This document shows positions 9,823 to 20,540 of a DNA stretch of 64,000 bases, in pieces. Position 1 is the stretch's first letter, and each line of letters begins with the position of its first letter. The notes below the pieces were generated by a model. The model was not told where the DNA came from. It ran no database searches and saw nothing but the letters and a program-made list of their open reading frames with translations. Where the stretch lies: assembly GCA_963931085.1 (NCBI GenBank), contig OZ006973.1:1200497-1264496 (forward strand), written 5' to 3'. Origin of the DNA: an uncultured Clostridia bacterium. Lineage in GTDB: Bacteria; Bacillota; Clostridia; TANB77; CAG-508. The translations under genes and the position numbers were made by a program.

Positions 9823-10541
9823 CTATTTAATTAAAGATTCTACCTCTTTTTCAGTTAAATATCTCCAATTTCCTATTTTTAAATTTTTCAAATCTATATT
9901 ACCTATTTTAGATCTATGAAGTGCTAAAACGTGTTTTCCTATTTTTTCACACATTTTTCTAACTTGCCTATTTCTTCCCTCATGTATTATAATTTCAAGT
10001 CTTGTTTTATTATTTTCTATATCTTCTTTTATTCTTTTTACTTTAGCAGGACTAGTTATAAACTCATCTTCGATTTTTACACCATTTCGCAATATCTCTA
10101 TTTCTTCATCTGTAACTTTTCCTTTAACTGTTACAGTATATGTTTTTGTAACTTCATGTTTTGGATGAGTTAATTTATATACAAAATCGCCATCATTAGT
10201 AAGTATCAAAGCACCAGATGTATACATATCAAGTCTTCCAACTGGAACTAATCTTTTATCTAATTTTACTAAGTCTAATACTTTATCTCTTCCAAATTGT
10301 TCTTTTGCAGTAGTAACATATCCGTATAGGTTTATTTAATAATATATATACCTTCTCTTCTTGTTTTTTTACTACATTCCCATTATACGTAATAATATCT
10401 CTATCTGGATTTACTTTGATTCCTAGAGTTTTTATAACTTTTCCATTTACTGAAACTTTTCCATCTAATATTAACTTTTCAGCATTTCTTCTAGATGTAA
10501 TCCCGAGCCTCTGCTAAAAATTTTTGTAATCTTTCTTCCAC
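9823..10541 (-). pseudogene. RsuA/RluB-family rRNA pseudouridine synthase (S4 domain plus PseudoU_synth_2) interrupted by two +1 frame disruptions, each at an in-frame CGG
   Basis: GTG start overlaps the rluD stop. The N-terminal part reads ERLQKFLAEA, then at plus 10503-10505 frame 0 is GCT CGG GAT...TAG and frame +1 is GGG ATT ACA = GITSRRNAEKLILDG...LNKPI. A second shift at plus 10322-10324 (ATA CGG ATA) resumes as GYVTTAKEQFGRDKVLD...RLDMYTSGALILTNDGDF, an RsuA-like core. Confidence 0.8.
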
Positions 10542-11486
10542 TATACTAATTCCTCTTCTTTATCTAATTTTTCTAAAACATCTTTAAAATATTCAGGAAG
10601 TTTAGCTTCAAAACTTATTCTTTTTTTTGTAACAGGATGATTAAATTCAATTTTTTTTGCATGAAGCATTTGTCCTTCTACATTAAAAGGATTTTTTCCA
10701 TTTGAATAAACTGCATCCCCTACTACTGGATGGCCAATTTCAGCTATGTGCACTCTTATCTGATGAGTCCTTCCTGTTTCAATTATAAGTTCAATATATG
10801 TATAATTTTTATATCTTTTAAGTACTGTAAAATGAGTTATTGCATTTTTTCCTTTTCTTGTAACAGCCATCTTTTTTCTATCTTTATCACTTCTACCTAT
10901 AGGCATGTCTATTGTTGCATTATTTTCTTTTATTACTCCTCTTACTAAAGCAACATACGTTTTCTTTACAGTATGATTTTTTATTTGATTACTCAAATCT
11001 AAATGTGACTTATCATTTTTTGCAACTATAATAACTCCTGATGTATCTTTATCTAATCTATGAACTATACCAGGTCTTATAACTCCTCCTATCCCTGATA
11101 AAGAATCTTTACAATAATTTAGCACAGCATTTGCTAAAGTCCCATTTGGATTTCCATTTCCGTGGATGAACTACCATTCCTTTTTCTTTATTTACAATTA
11201 AAATATCTTTATCTTCATAAATAATATCTAATGGTATATTCTCAGCTTCCGTAATAGATTCTTTTGCTTCTTCTTTTCTTATTGTAATTTTATCATTTAG
11301 CTTTACTTTATAAGAAGCTTTTTCTTTTTTTCCATTTACTAAGACATTATTCTCATCTATCATTCTTTGCACTGAATTTCTCGTTAAATCTTCATCTAAT
11401 GCTACAGTAACTTTATCTAATCTTTGGTTATTTAATTCTTCTGTTATAGTGTATATTTTTTCTTCCAAATTAAACATTCCTTTCAT
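10541..11486 (-). pseudogene. rluD: 23S rRNA pseudouridine synthase RluD (RluA family) with one +1 frame disruption at an in-frame CGG
   Basis: The upstream part ends ...GMVVHP-RKWKSKWDFSKCCAKLL*. The +1 frame from the same point reads GNGNPNGTLANAVLNYCKDSLSGIGGVIRPGIVHRLDKDTSG, which matches the E. coli RluD VHPGAGNPDGTVLNALL...GIVHRLDKDTTG region. Shift site is CCA CGG AAA at plus 11160-11162. Confidence 0.85.
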
Positions 11487-13170
11487 AAACTGTAAAATTA
11501 TTGTCTCTGTATAAAACCTTATAATTATCATCGTTTCTTAAAAGCATTGATAATTTTGAATTAGTATAAGATATTACATGTGTTATATCATATTTATCAA
11601 ATACAGTTTCATATTGTACTGAAATTGTACATACTTTTTGAACATCCATAAATATATCAGTTCCATCTTTAGGATCTTTTGTTTTTGTATTATATTCTGG
11701 TGTATATAAATCACACCTAGAATCTATCATAACAGGAATTCCTCTATATAACAGATAACTTCCATAATTATATTCATTAAATAATCTTATATTTTCTAAA
11801 TCTAAATTGTTTAAAATCCAATTTGAAGCTGCAACAGGATAAGAATTTGTAATATATTCATTACCTGCTTTTTCTTTATAAAATTTAGATCCTATTAAAA
11901 ATACAACACATATAATAAATGCTGCCCCTACAATGCTTGAAAAAGTATATAATAACTTTTTCTTAGATGTAGGAATATGATTATCAAGTAAATTAGAAAA
12001 TAACTCTACAACTATTGGTATTCCTATCAAAGCAAGCATTGAAAACTGTCTTCTTGTTATAAATGTTAATGCTATTAAACCGATTAAAAAGAATATGTTT
12101 TTAGCTCTTATTTTAGTATCTGTAAAAATTAATAAAAATAGTGTAACTACTAAAAATATTATACATTCTTCATTATCTACTAATGTAAGTGGCAAATGCT
12201 CATTTATAACACTTGTTGTATTTCCAATCATTGTTTTATATAAATATGTATATGGAGTAGATAGGCCAAGTGGTGTTAATAATCCTGTAAAAATACATAT
12301 AATAAAAATTAAAAATAACCACTTATAATTTTTATTTTTTTCAATTTTAACCTTATAAGGATTTTCAAAATAATATTCTCTTTTTGATTTATTATCTTTT
12401 AACTTTTCATCTAATGTGTTTATTTTTTCTTCTATCTTTTCGCTCTTTTTTATTTTGTTTATTATTCTCCAAAATACTTTTTTAAATTTTAATATGAAAT
12501 CAAAATTTAATATCTGTAAAGATAATATATATTCTGCAATATAAGGAAGATAAAGTACAAAGTAAAAAGGCCATACTGCTACATGCAGATTAGCAATAGC
12601 AATAGGAATTATAATTAAAGGCAAAGCATATCTTTTTTTAGAAGTTTCTAAAAACTTCTCAATAAAATATACTGTTAGTACAAAAAGTATAAATGTTACA
12701 AGTTGAGCTCTTGCAGTAATATATGGTTTTAAACAATACATAGCAAGCATAGCACCTAAAAAAGATACTACACTGTTTTTTGAAAGTTTGTTACTTAGCA
12801 TATATATAGAAAGTCCTAAGATAGCAGCAAATATGATTGTTGATGCATAAATTCCATCCCATTCAAAAAAGCTGTATATTTTATACATAAAAAAATCATA
12901 AAGCCAATGAGGAAATGTATATGGAAGATCTATCCATGAAAAAGGATCTTCTGTCAGATTAGAAATTCCATTTTGAGAGATATATTCTCCTATCTTAACT
13001 GTATAAAATGTATCATTTTGAAGTGTTTTTGGAGATATTGCAATAGCAAATAAAATAATACAAATAATAGCAACAATATGAAATTTAATCTTACTTACTT
13101 TTTCTTTTGATGATTTTTCCATATTCTCTAAAATTTCTATACTTTCTACATTCTTTATATTTTCTTCCAT
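11470..13170 (-). CDS. polytopic membrane protein, putative glycosyltransferase (PMT_2/YfhO/ArnT-like), hypothetical
   Basis: 566 aa with more than 10 TM helices. The 3' end overlaps the rluD start. Confidence 0.4.
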   Translation of the reverse strand: MEENIKNVESIEILENMEKSSKEKVSKIKFHIVAIICIILFAIAISPKTLQNDTFYTVKIGEYISQNGISNLTEDPFSWIDLPYTFPHWLYDFFMYKIYSFFEWDGIYASTIIFAAILGLSIYMLSNKLSKNSVVSFLGAMLAMYCLKPYITARAQLVTFILFVLTVYFIEKFLETSKKRYALPLIIIPIAIANLHVAVWPFYFVLYLPYIAEYILSLQILNFDFILKFKKVFWRIINKIKKSEKIEEKINTLDEKLKDNKSKREYYFENPYKVKIEKNKNYKWLFLIFIICIFTGLLTPLGLSTPYTYLYKTMIGNTTSVINEHLPLTLVDNEECIIFLVVTLFLLIFTDTKIRAKNIFFLIGLIALTFITRRQFSMLALIGIPIVVELFSNLLDNHIPTSKKKLLYTFSSIVGAAFIICVVFLIGSKFYKEKAGNEYITNSYPVAASNWILNNLDLENIRLFNEYNYGSYLLYRGIPVMIDSRCDLYTPEYNTKTKDPKDGTDIFMDVQKVCTISVQYETVFDKYDITHVISYTNSKLSMLLRNDDNYKVLYRDNNFTVYERNV

Positions 13171-13298
13171 AACTTGTTTTCTCCTAAATCAAAATAATCA
13201 AATATTCTAAACATAAGTATTATATCAAATATGGACAAATCATGCAATTACTTAAACACACCAAAACTATAAAAAGACTATAATTATAGTCTTTTTAC

Positions 13299-13979
13299 TT
13301 ACCATGTTTTACCGTTATAATACTCATATTCATTCAAAAGGCTATTTGTTAACTCTAACCCTTCAATTCTATTTTCATATGCTCCATCTTTATCTTCTTT
13401 TATCTTTTCCCTTCCTTTTGAATCGTCTTCATCTTTTTTATTATTTTCATCTTTATCGCTATCGCCTTTTTTAGTTTCTTCTTGTTTTCTTCTTAAGCTA
13501 TCTTCAAAATCATCAATATCATTTTTTAAATCTTGAGCATCATCATCATGTCCATCATTATCATTTGTTGCACAATCATTTTCTAAAAGTATATCTCGTG
13601 CATCATCTAATATATCAAGAGTCTCTTCAATTTTACTATCTGATAAGTCATAATCATCTTCTATCTCTTGAAGTTTAGCAAGTGCTAAATTTACTCTTAT
13701 ATCACATTCTTTTTCTTCAGATGGTTTTAGTTCAAGAGCTTTTTCATATTCTTCTATTGCCTTATTATATTCTCCATTTTTATAATATAAATTTCCTAAA
13801 TTGTAATGATAAATATACGATTCATTTATATTTAAAAAAGATAAAACTAAAATATCTTTTTCATCATATTTTCCATCTTCATATAAAGATATAAATCTTT
13901 CGTTTACTATATATCTAAATAAAAAGAACAATAATAATACAATTAAAATTACATATATGTATATAATAGTTTTTTTCAT
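13299..13979 (-). CDS. TPR-repeat protein with acidic C-terminal region (BatC/BatD-like member of the MoxR-vWA operon)
   Basis: 226 aa; N-terminal TM; TPR-like YYKNGEYNKAIEEYEKALEL; Asp/Glu-rich tail. Confidence 0.5.
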   Translation of the reverse strand: MKKTIIYIYVILIVLLLFFLFRYIVNERFISLYEDGKYDEKDILVLSFLNINESYIYHYNLGNLYYKNGEYNKAIEEYEKALELKPSEEKECDIRVNLALAKLQEIEDDYDLSDSKIEETLDILDDARDILLENDCATNDNDGHDDDAQDLKNDIDDFEDSLRRKQEETKKGDSDKDENNKKDEDDSKGREKIKEDKDGAYENRIEGLELTNSLLNEYEYYNGKTW

Positions 13980-14067
13980 TATTTATAATTAATCCTTTCA
14001 GCTTATAAGTATTCATATAAAGTAAATATATTTTTATTTATCGTTTTATTTTTCATTTTCTATTTTT

Positions 14068-15009
14068 TTATAAATTCTTTTTATACCATAAAAATTCAAA
14101 AATAAGTAATATTATTAGTGGAATCGAAAAAACATAATAAATATCAATATTGTTACTGTCTGCTTTATCAACAGAAGATGACGCTTCTTTTTTTATATTA
14201 TATAAAATATCATCAATATCTGATTTATCTTCCATATGGACATATTCAATTCCTATATCACTTGCTATTTTATTTAAATTATCTTCATCAATTTTTGAAA
14301 TAGCATCTCCTATAAATTCTCCTGTATTATCTTGAACGTAATAACTACTATTTGTAGTAGAATCATATTTCATTTTTCCACCTTTTTCAGTTCCATACCC
14401 TAAAACAGCTCCACCATCTACCAAATCATTAAGCCCTGAAAAGGATTCTAACTTACTATTTTCTGCTGTAATTTCCCCATCCGAAATGAAAAATAATATT
14501 CTTTTTCTTGTTTCATCTTTTTCTTTAGATTTTTTTAATTGTTCCTCTATCATGTCATAAGAAACATTTAAAGTCGTTCCTCTCCCATTTAAGTTATCCA
14601 TAGTCTTTAATGTTTTAACCGCACTTTCTACCATTGAAACATCTTTGGTATACGGAAATACTAATTGTGCTGTATTATTAAAGGTTATTAATGAAAAATT
14701 AGCTCCTGATAACTCTTCTAATATATAATCACAATCTTCTTTTACACCATCTAATCTTCTTTCATACCCATCATAATCTTCTGCTACCATACTAAGAGTA
14801 TTATCTATAACAAATAATACATCTATATTTGTAGTAACAATTTGTGATGTTCCTGATTTTAACTGAATTCTTAAATTTATAATAAATAATAAAATTATTA
14901 TTAGAACTTGTCTTAGTGCTCTTTTTTTATTATTTCTAGTAATTAAAAATAATAAAACTATACATATAAGAGCCATAGCCCATATTGGTAATATTGGATT
15001 CACTATCAT
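14068..15009 (-). CDS. von Willebrand factor A domain membrane protein (BatB-like)
   Basis: 313 aa. The vWA MIDAS-like motif DNTLSM lies after an N-terminal TM. ATGA start/stop overlap with the upstream gene. Confidence 0.6.
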   Translation of the reverse strand: MIVNPILPIWAMALICIVLLFLITRNNKKRALRQVLIIILLFIINLRIQLKSGTSQIVTTNIDVLFVIDNTLSMVAEDYDGYERRLDGVKEDCDYILEELSGANFSLITFNNTAQLVFPYTKDVSMVESAVKTLKTMDNLNGRGTTLNVSYDMIEEQLKKSKEKDETRKRILFFISDGEITAENSKLESFSGLNDLVDGGAVLGYGTEKGGKMKYDSTTNSSYYVQDNTGEFIGDAISKIDEDNLNKIASDIGIEYVHMEDKSDIDDILYNIKKEASSSVDKADSNNIDIYYVFSIPLIILLIFEFLWYKKNL

Positions 15010-16034
15010 AATTTCACCTTTTTACTTAATATAAACAATATTGATATACTAATAATCGTAATAATTAATATTATTTCTGGATAATCTATTTGCCTTGTCT
15101 GATTTTTAACTTCTATTAAACTTTTACCCTTTTCTTCTATATTACTTACTATATTTTCTACAGTTCCAGACGAACCTTCTTCAAAATATTCTCCATCTGT
15201 AAGTTCCATAGCATCTTTCATTTCTTCTCTATCATCATCAACCATTTTAGTTGGTGATATTCCAAATACAATTATGTTTTTTTCTTTGCAAAACTCTGCC
15301 GCTTCTTTCAAAGTTAATTGTGGCTCCCCTGCTAATTGATTATCTGTTGAAAATATAATAATTCTGGTTCTTTCTTGTTCTTCATCAACATCTGGAAAAT
15401 CATACACACAAGAAGCAAGTCCGTCTCCTATAAGAGAACTCCCATTTGTACTTAAAGTTCCTTCTCTTAAATAGCTTTCATAATATCTACTCTCATCTGA
15501 TTGATTATATATCATCGTATAATCAGAACCATATATTTTAATTGAATTTTCTATGGCTTTTCCTAATGTATCTAATGTATTTAAGACATATTCATAATCA
15601 TCTGTAAGTGGCACAAGTAGAACTGAAGAACCATTAAATATACTTATGCCAAAACGTTCTCCTTCCATATTTTGTACAATATCTTTATAACTTTCAATTA
15701 ATTGTAAATTCACATTATCAACAGATGTAGATACATCTAAACAAAGCATTATATCTCTAGAATATATTTTTGAATTTTCATTTTCAGTCTTAGATACCCT
15801 TGAAAGTAATACAGTAGAAGATAAAATACAAATTATGCAAATAGCTAAAATCATAAATCTTATAATCTTATATTTTTTCATAAGTATATTATAATAAGGC
15901 AAACTTTTTGCATATTTAGTATTTGCGATCTTAGTACCATTTTTATATCCAGTTTTCTTTTTTATTTTTACAAAACTTAAAATTAAAATAATTACAATTC
16001 CTACAAATACTACAAAAGGATATCTTAATTCCAT
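15006..16034 (-). CDS. von Willebrand factor A domain membrane protein (BatA-like)
   Basis: 342 aa. vWA MIDAS-like DVSTSV. TM helices at both ends. Confidence 0.6.
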   Translation of the reverse strand: MELRYPFVVFVGIVIILILSFVKIKKKTGYKNGTKIANTKYAKSLPYYNILMKKYKIIRFMILAICIICILSSTVLLSRVSKTENENSKIYSRDIMLCLDVSTSVDNVNLQLIESYKDIVQNMEGERFGISIFNGSSVLLVPLTDDYEYVLNTLDTLGKAIENSIKIYGSDYTMIYNQSDESRYYESYLREGTLSTNGSSLIGDGLASCVYDFPDVDEEQERTRIIIFSTDNQLAGEPQLTLKEAAEFCKEKNIIVFGISPTKMVDDDREEMKDAMELTDGEYFEEGSSGTVENIVSNIEEKGKSLIEVKNQTRQIDYPEIILIITIISISILFILSKKVKL

Positions 16035-16501
16035 TTTTCTATTACCTTTCTGGTTTTTTCAAGAGAAGTTTTTATATTTCCAACTGAATACTCTGCAAAT
16101 TCTGGAGCATAATATTCTTCTATAAGTTCAGATAAAATTGGCATCTTTAATTTCTCTATTTCTCTTAAAGTATAATTTTGAACTTTTATATTTGTAACCT
16201 CAAAAACAAAATATCTAATATTAGCACTCAGCATTTGGTATGCATGTCTTACTGAAATTTTATTTGAATTTAGCTTTTCTTCTATATTGTCTAATCTTTT
16301 TAAATATTTTTCTTTTATTCTATTAATATCTTTCTCATCTAATTTCTTAATTTCTTCATTTTCAATTTCTATTTTAGGTCTGTTTTTTAGCTTTCTATAA
16401 ATTATAATTGAAATTGTAAGAAGAACTAATAAAATTAATATTATTAGTTCTGGATAAATAGAATATGAAAATGGATCTTGTAAATTAACGCTTGTTTGCA
16501 T
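16025..16501 (-). CDS. hypothetical membrane protein within the MoxR-vWA operon
   Basis: 158 aa; translationally coupled (overlapping) with both neighbours. Confidence 0.45.
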   Translation of the reverse strand: MQTSVNLQDPFSYSIYPELIILILLVLLTISIIIYRKLKNRPKIEIENEEIKKLDEKDINRIKEKYLKRLDNIEEKLNSNKISVRHAYQMLSANIRYFVFEVTNIKVQNYTLREIEKLKMPILSELIEEYYAPEFAEYSVGNIKTSLEKTRKVIEKWN

Positions 16502-17360
16502 CTCTATGCCTTTCTAACAATTCAATTGTTTTATTAGTTATTTCTTTAGTATTACTTATTGTAGATATTGAAATCTTATATTTACTACACTTTTTTACAC
16601 ATTTTTTAAACAAATCTTCTTTTGCTTTTTTTTCTAGTTCAAATAATTTCCTATCATTTAAAAAAATATGTGGTATATAAGATTCTCCATCTATATCATA
16701 TACTTTTTTTCCTGTCATATATGCATCAGATATATTCATAATTAATACATCATGTCTTAATGAAAGCTTTTTCAATATATTTTCATCTATATCTTCCATT
16801 CCTTGCAAATCTGTAATTATAAATATAATCATTCTTTTATTAATAAATCTATTTATATAATTTAGTACTTTTACTAAAGAAGATTCATTTACTTTTTCTG
16901 AATCACTATCATAATTAGATAATATTCTTTCAACATTTATTAAACCTTCTTTAAAAGGAAAGTATGATATTAATCCATCTCTATCATAAGTAGCTCCCAC
17001 ATAATCTCCGTTTTTTGATGCTAAATATGCCATAGTTCCAGCACTCATAATTGCAATTTCTTTTTTTAAAACACCGTCACTTGTATCTGCTCTCATTTTT
17101 TTTCCTATATCTAACACAAGCATAATATTATGCTTTTTCTCAGCAATATATTGTCTCACTAAAATATTTCCGCTTCTTGCTGAAGCTTTCCAATCTATAT
17201 CTTTTATATTATCTCCTATAACATATTCTCTTAAATCTTCAAAATTCAAGCTTCTACCTTTATAAATGGATTTATATGAACCATCTAATATATTAGAAGT
17301 TTTTTTGCTTGCATATATACTTATATTAGCTTTAATTTTATTAATATAACTTTTTATCAT
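16485..17360 (-). CDS. DUF58-family protein (vWA-like fold), MoxR partner
   Basis: 291 aa. It directly follows the MoxR ATPase with a 4-nt overlap, the typical MoxR-DUF58-vWA arrangement. Confidence 0.55.
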   Translation of the reverse strand: MIKSYINKIKANISIYASKKTSNILDGSYKSIYKGRSLNFEDLREYVIGDNIKDIDWKASARSGNILVRQYIAEKKHNIMLVLDIGKKMRADTSDGVLKKEIAIMSAGTMAYLASKNGDYVGATYDRDGLISYFPFKEGLINVERILSNYDSDSEKVNESSLVKVLNYINRFINKRMIIFIITDLQGMEDIDENILKKLSLRHDVLIMNISDAYMTGKKVYDIDGESYIPHIFLNDRKLFELEKKAKEDLFKKCVKKCSKYKISISTISNTKEITNKTIELLERHRDANKR

Positions 17361-18352
17361 GGCGTTTTTATTGCTCCTATTATTGCATCTATTATTTTTT
17401 CTACTTCAATCTCATCTGCAACAGCTGCATAATTTAATGTTATTCTATGACGTAAAATATTATATCTTAATGATTTTATATCATCTGGTATTACGTAACT
17501 TCTTCCCCTGATTAATGCAACAGCTTTACTAGCTTCCATAAAAGCAATTGTTCCTCTAGTACTAGAACCCATTGTAATATATTTTGAAAGATCTTTTGGT
17601 ATAAATTTATCTGGATGTCTTGTTGCATTTATAATCTCTACGATATACTTTTTAATAGATTCATCTATATACACTCTTTTTGATAATTCTTGTAAATACT
17701 TAACATCTTTTAATAAAAGTATTTGCTCTGAGCTACTAATTACGCCATTTTCCATTCTCTTTAATATTTCAAGTTCTTCTTCTCCAGTAGGATAATCTAA
17801 TTTTTCTTTTATAAGAAATCTATCAAGTTGTGCTTCTGATAAAAGATATGTTCCTTCTTGTTCTATTGGATTTTGTGTTGCAATTACAATAAAAATATCT
17901 GGCATTTTATATAAATAACCACCTATACTTATCTGATGTTCTTGCATAGCTTCTAGCATAGCACTTTGTGTTTTAGCACTAGATCTATTAATTTCATCTA
18001 GCAAAACAAAATTAGCATATACTGGCCCTAACTTAATTTCAAAACTATTTGTAGCATAATTAAACATTTGAGTTCCTATAATATCACTTGGAAGTAAATC
18101 TGGTGTACATTGGATTCTTGAAAACTTACCTGATACTGCATCAGTAATAATTTTAGCTGCAGTTGTTTTGGCAAGTCCTGGTACTGATTCGATTAAAACA
18201 TGACTATTTGAAATAAGTGCAATTAATAAAGACATGCCTAAATTTCTTTGTCCTACTATTCTATCAGAATAATATGTCCAAATTTTATTTATTATTTCTT
18301 TGGCCTTTTCTAATTCTTCTACTGAAATATTTGAATTTTCATTTGTGACCAT
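17357..18352 (-). CDS. MoxR-family AAA+ ATPase
   Basis: 331 aa. Walker A ESVPGLAKTT, Walker B VLLDEINR, sensor ATQNP; this is the MoxR signature. Confidence 0.85.
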   Translation of the reverse strand: MVTNENSNISVEELEKAKEIINKIWTYYSDRIVGQRNLGMSLLIALISNSHVLIESVPGLAKTTAAKIITDAVSGKFSRIQCTPDLLPSDIIGTQMFNYATNSFEIKLGPVYANFVLLDEINRSSAKTQSAMLEAMQEHQISIGGYLYKMPDIFIVIATQNPIEQEGTYLLSEAQLDRFLIKEKLDYPTGEEELEILKRMENGVISSSEQILLLKDVKYLQELSKRVYIDESIKKYIVEIINATRHPDKFIPKDLSKYITMGSSTRGTIAFMEASKAVALIRGRSYVIPDDIKSLRYNILRHRITLNYAAVADEIEVEKIIDAIIGAIKTP

Positions 18353-18480
18353 ATTTTTTCCTCTCTTTTGTATAAATTAAATTTTTAAAATAAAAAATTA
18401 GTAAAAATATCTTCTTTATAAAATTATATCCTTACTAATTATTAATTTCAATTACATATTTAATTTTTATTTCGATTTAA

Positions 18481-18532
18481 AAAAAATCGTTCACATACCA
18501 AAGCTATCTTTAGCACATGAACGATAAATAAT
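18481..18532 (-). terminator. intrinsic terminator downstream of the SSB-like gene
   Basis: ATCGTTCA...TGAACGAT stem; on the minus-strand RNA it is followed by a U8 run (plus-strand A8 at 18481-18488). Confidence 0.45.
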
Positions 18533-18559
18533 AACTAACAATTTAATTAAATTTATGTA

Positions 18560-19246
18560 TTACACAACTGCTTCTGTTTCTGTTTCTTTTTCATCATCTT
18601 TTTTATCTATAATTTCCATGCTTGAAACTGATACTTCATAAGCAACTCTTGTTTCAGAAGTTCCATCTTCAAATTTCTTTTCGTACTTTCTACTTTGTAC
18701 TCTACCTAAAATTTTTACTTCAGTTCCAACTTCTATATTTTGACAGAATCTAGCATTTCTTCCCCAAGCTATACATGGTATGTAATCACTTTTATTATAT
18801 GCTCTATTTACTGCAAGAAGTATATCTGCAATTTCTCTATCAAATGGTGTTTGTCTATAAATAGGTTTTTTACATACATATCCTATTAAAGTAACTTCAT
18901 TTGACACTTTCTTTTTCTCTTCTTCTTCAGAAGTTTCCTCTTCAACTACTTCTGAGATATCTTTTGCAAATACTGTTAGTATTAATCTATTTTTTTCATT
19001 TTCATAGCTATTATAAGATCTAAACTGACCTTCTATTGCAAGTTCTTTTCCAACTTCAATATCTATATTTGTAATTAATCTTTCTGATACAGTAATTGGA
19101 ATAACATCAACTGCTTTACTTAATCTTGGGACTTCTAAATCAAATATATAGAATTTTTCTCCATAAATTTCATGACTAAAAGTCTTTTCACTACATACTT
19201 TTCCGATTAATACTAGATGGTTATTTTCTAAAAAATTTGTAACCAT
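18560..19246 (-). CDS. tandem-OB-fold single-stranded DNA-binding (SSB-like) protein
   Basis: 228 aa with two SSB-like halves: LVLIGKV...IPITVSERL and VTLIGYV...ILLAVNRAYNKSDYIPCIAWGRNA, the latter resembling the LAVNR...FIPCVAWGK SSB signature. Acidic C-terminal tail. RBS AAGGAGGAG. Confidence 0.55.
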   Translation of the reverse strand: MVTNFLENNHLVLIGKVCSEKTFSHEIYGEKFYIFDLEVPRLSKAVDVIPITVSERLITNIDIEVGKELAIEGQFRSYNSYENEKNRLILTVFAKDISEVVEEETSEEEEKKKVSNEVTLIGYVCKKPIYRQTPFDREIADILLAVNRAYNKSDYIPCIAWGRNARFCQNIEVGTEVKILGRVQSRKYEKKFEDGTSETRVAYEVSVSSMEIIDKKDDEKETETEAVV

Positions 19247-19376
19247 TTTTTCTCCTCCTTAAATATTTATCTAACGTACTTTATATATATGTCCGTATTT
19301 ATTGTTTTCTTTAGACTGTAAACAACTATATTATACCACTAATTTTTTCCTTTGTCTACATAAAATGTTAATTTTA

Positions 19377-19862
19377 TTAAATAATAATCTCTAAAATACA
19401 AACACTCGCAAAAAAATGTACTCCATTTTTCCCGGTTTCATAAGCATTTTTTATTTCCATATTTTTAAGTCTCATATTATTTAAACTAATTATTTCTCTT
19501 TGCAATTCAAGAATTATGTTATTCTCCTCGCAACTTGTTATTGTAACAGTTGATTTCTTATTAAATCCATAAGTAATTACTTGTGCTTTTACATTCTCAA
19601 CAATTTTAATATTTTCTTTATAGTCTATATTTAAAATTATTATTTTTGCAGAGTTTAATATAATATTTAAATAATTATCACATTTTTCTAAATCAATTTT
19701 ATAATTGATTATTAATACATCAAATTTTACATTTTTAAAATTTAATAAATTATTCTGATTCATTTTGGTTATAGTACATTTTTTAAAAATATCTTTTTCT
19801 TCTAATACTCTACTTGTATCAATTGTATTACAAGTTTTTTCAATTATTCCTACTAAATACAT
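19377..19862 (-). CDS. hypothetical protein (weak resemblance to a Mur-ligase central-domain fragment)
   Basis: 161-aa ORF. DVLIINY...AQVITYG is faintly similar to the Mur ligase middle domain. Confidence 0.3.
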   Translation of the reverse strand: MYLVGIIEKTCNTIDTSRVLEEKDIFKKCTITKMNQNNLLNFKNVKFDVLIINYKIDLEKCDNYLNIILNSAKIIILNIDYKENIKIVENVKAQVITYGFNKKSTVTITSCEENNIILELQREIISLNNMRLKNMEIKNAYETGKNGVHFFASVCILEIII

Positions 19863-20029
19863 ATTATTATTAAATCCTTTCGTTTTATAAAGAAAAATAT
19901 ATATTGCTAGTATTAGTAAGTTTTATATATTTATTCAAAAATTGCTTTTTCATGTCCTCACATAAAAAAATAATAATCATATTATATATTAAGCGAAAGC
20001 AAATATATAAAAAAGGATGGACTAAAATT

Positions 20030-20470
20030 ATGGAATTTAATAAATATGACAAATGTGATTTAAAACAATTAGTGTCTGTAGATGGTTTTATCCAAAAAGG
20101 TAGACAATTTGATGTAGAAATTACAGTTCCTGAAGATAATAGAAATGTTATTTATGGAATTTTAAAAAATCAATATAATGAACCTCTTAAAGATGCTGTT
20201 GTAAAATTAATTGAAGTATTAGATGATTGTGGCACAAAAGAAAGAAGACCTGTTTCTCATACTTTTACAGATAAGAATGGTGAATTTGTATTTGGACCAC
20301 TTTGTCCAGATAGAAAATATGAAATTCAAATATGGTATAACGCCGTAAATCAAGTAAAAATATGTGAAGATTGTAGTAGAGTTCAAGAATGTCTAAAAGG
20401 CGCAGAACTTGGTGACTGTCCAAAAAAACCAATACTTCAAAAACCTGATTGTGATTTCAAATGTAACTAA
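20030..20470 (+). CDS. hypothetical Cys-rich protein with a carboxypeptidase-regulatory-like (DKNGEFVF) motif
   Basis: 146 aa counted from MEFNKYD, with RBS AAGGATGG. Eight Cys in the C-terminal half. Confidence 0.45.
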   Translation: MEFNKYDKCDLKQLVSVDGFIQKGRQFDVEITVPEDNRNVIYGILKNQYNEPLKDAVVKLIEVLDDCGTKERRPVSHTFTDKNGEFVFGPLCPDRKYEIQIWYNAVNQVKICEDCSRVQECLKGAELGDCPKKPILQKPDCDFKCN

Positions 20471-20475
20471 TAAAA

Positions 20476-20517
20476 AATAAATAAAGGTCTAGCTTTATAT
20501 AAGTTAGACCTTTAATA
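20476..20517. repeat. copy A of a 42-bp exact direct repeat containing a terminator-like hairpin (AGGTCTA-N13-TAGACCT)
   Basis: Identical to 23614-23655: aataaataaaggtctagctttatataagttagacctttaata. Confidence 0.85.
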
Positions 20518-20540
20518 AAATTTGTAATTAATAATTAAAT

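Noticed and set aside
19377-19862. Possible truncated Mur-ligase fragment
   Set aside because: The similarity is limited to a short DVxIxN...VITYG pattern, and the catalytic DHLD-type residues are absent. I keep it as hypothetical rather than calling a pseudogene.
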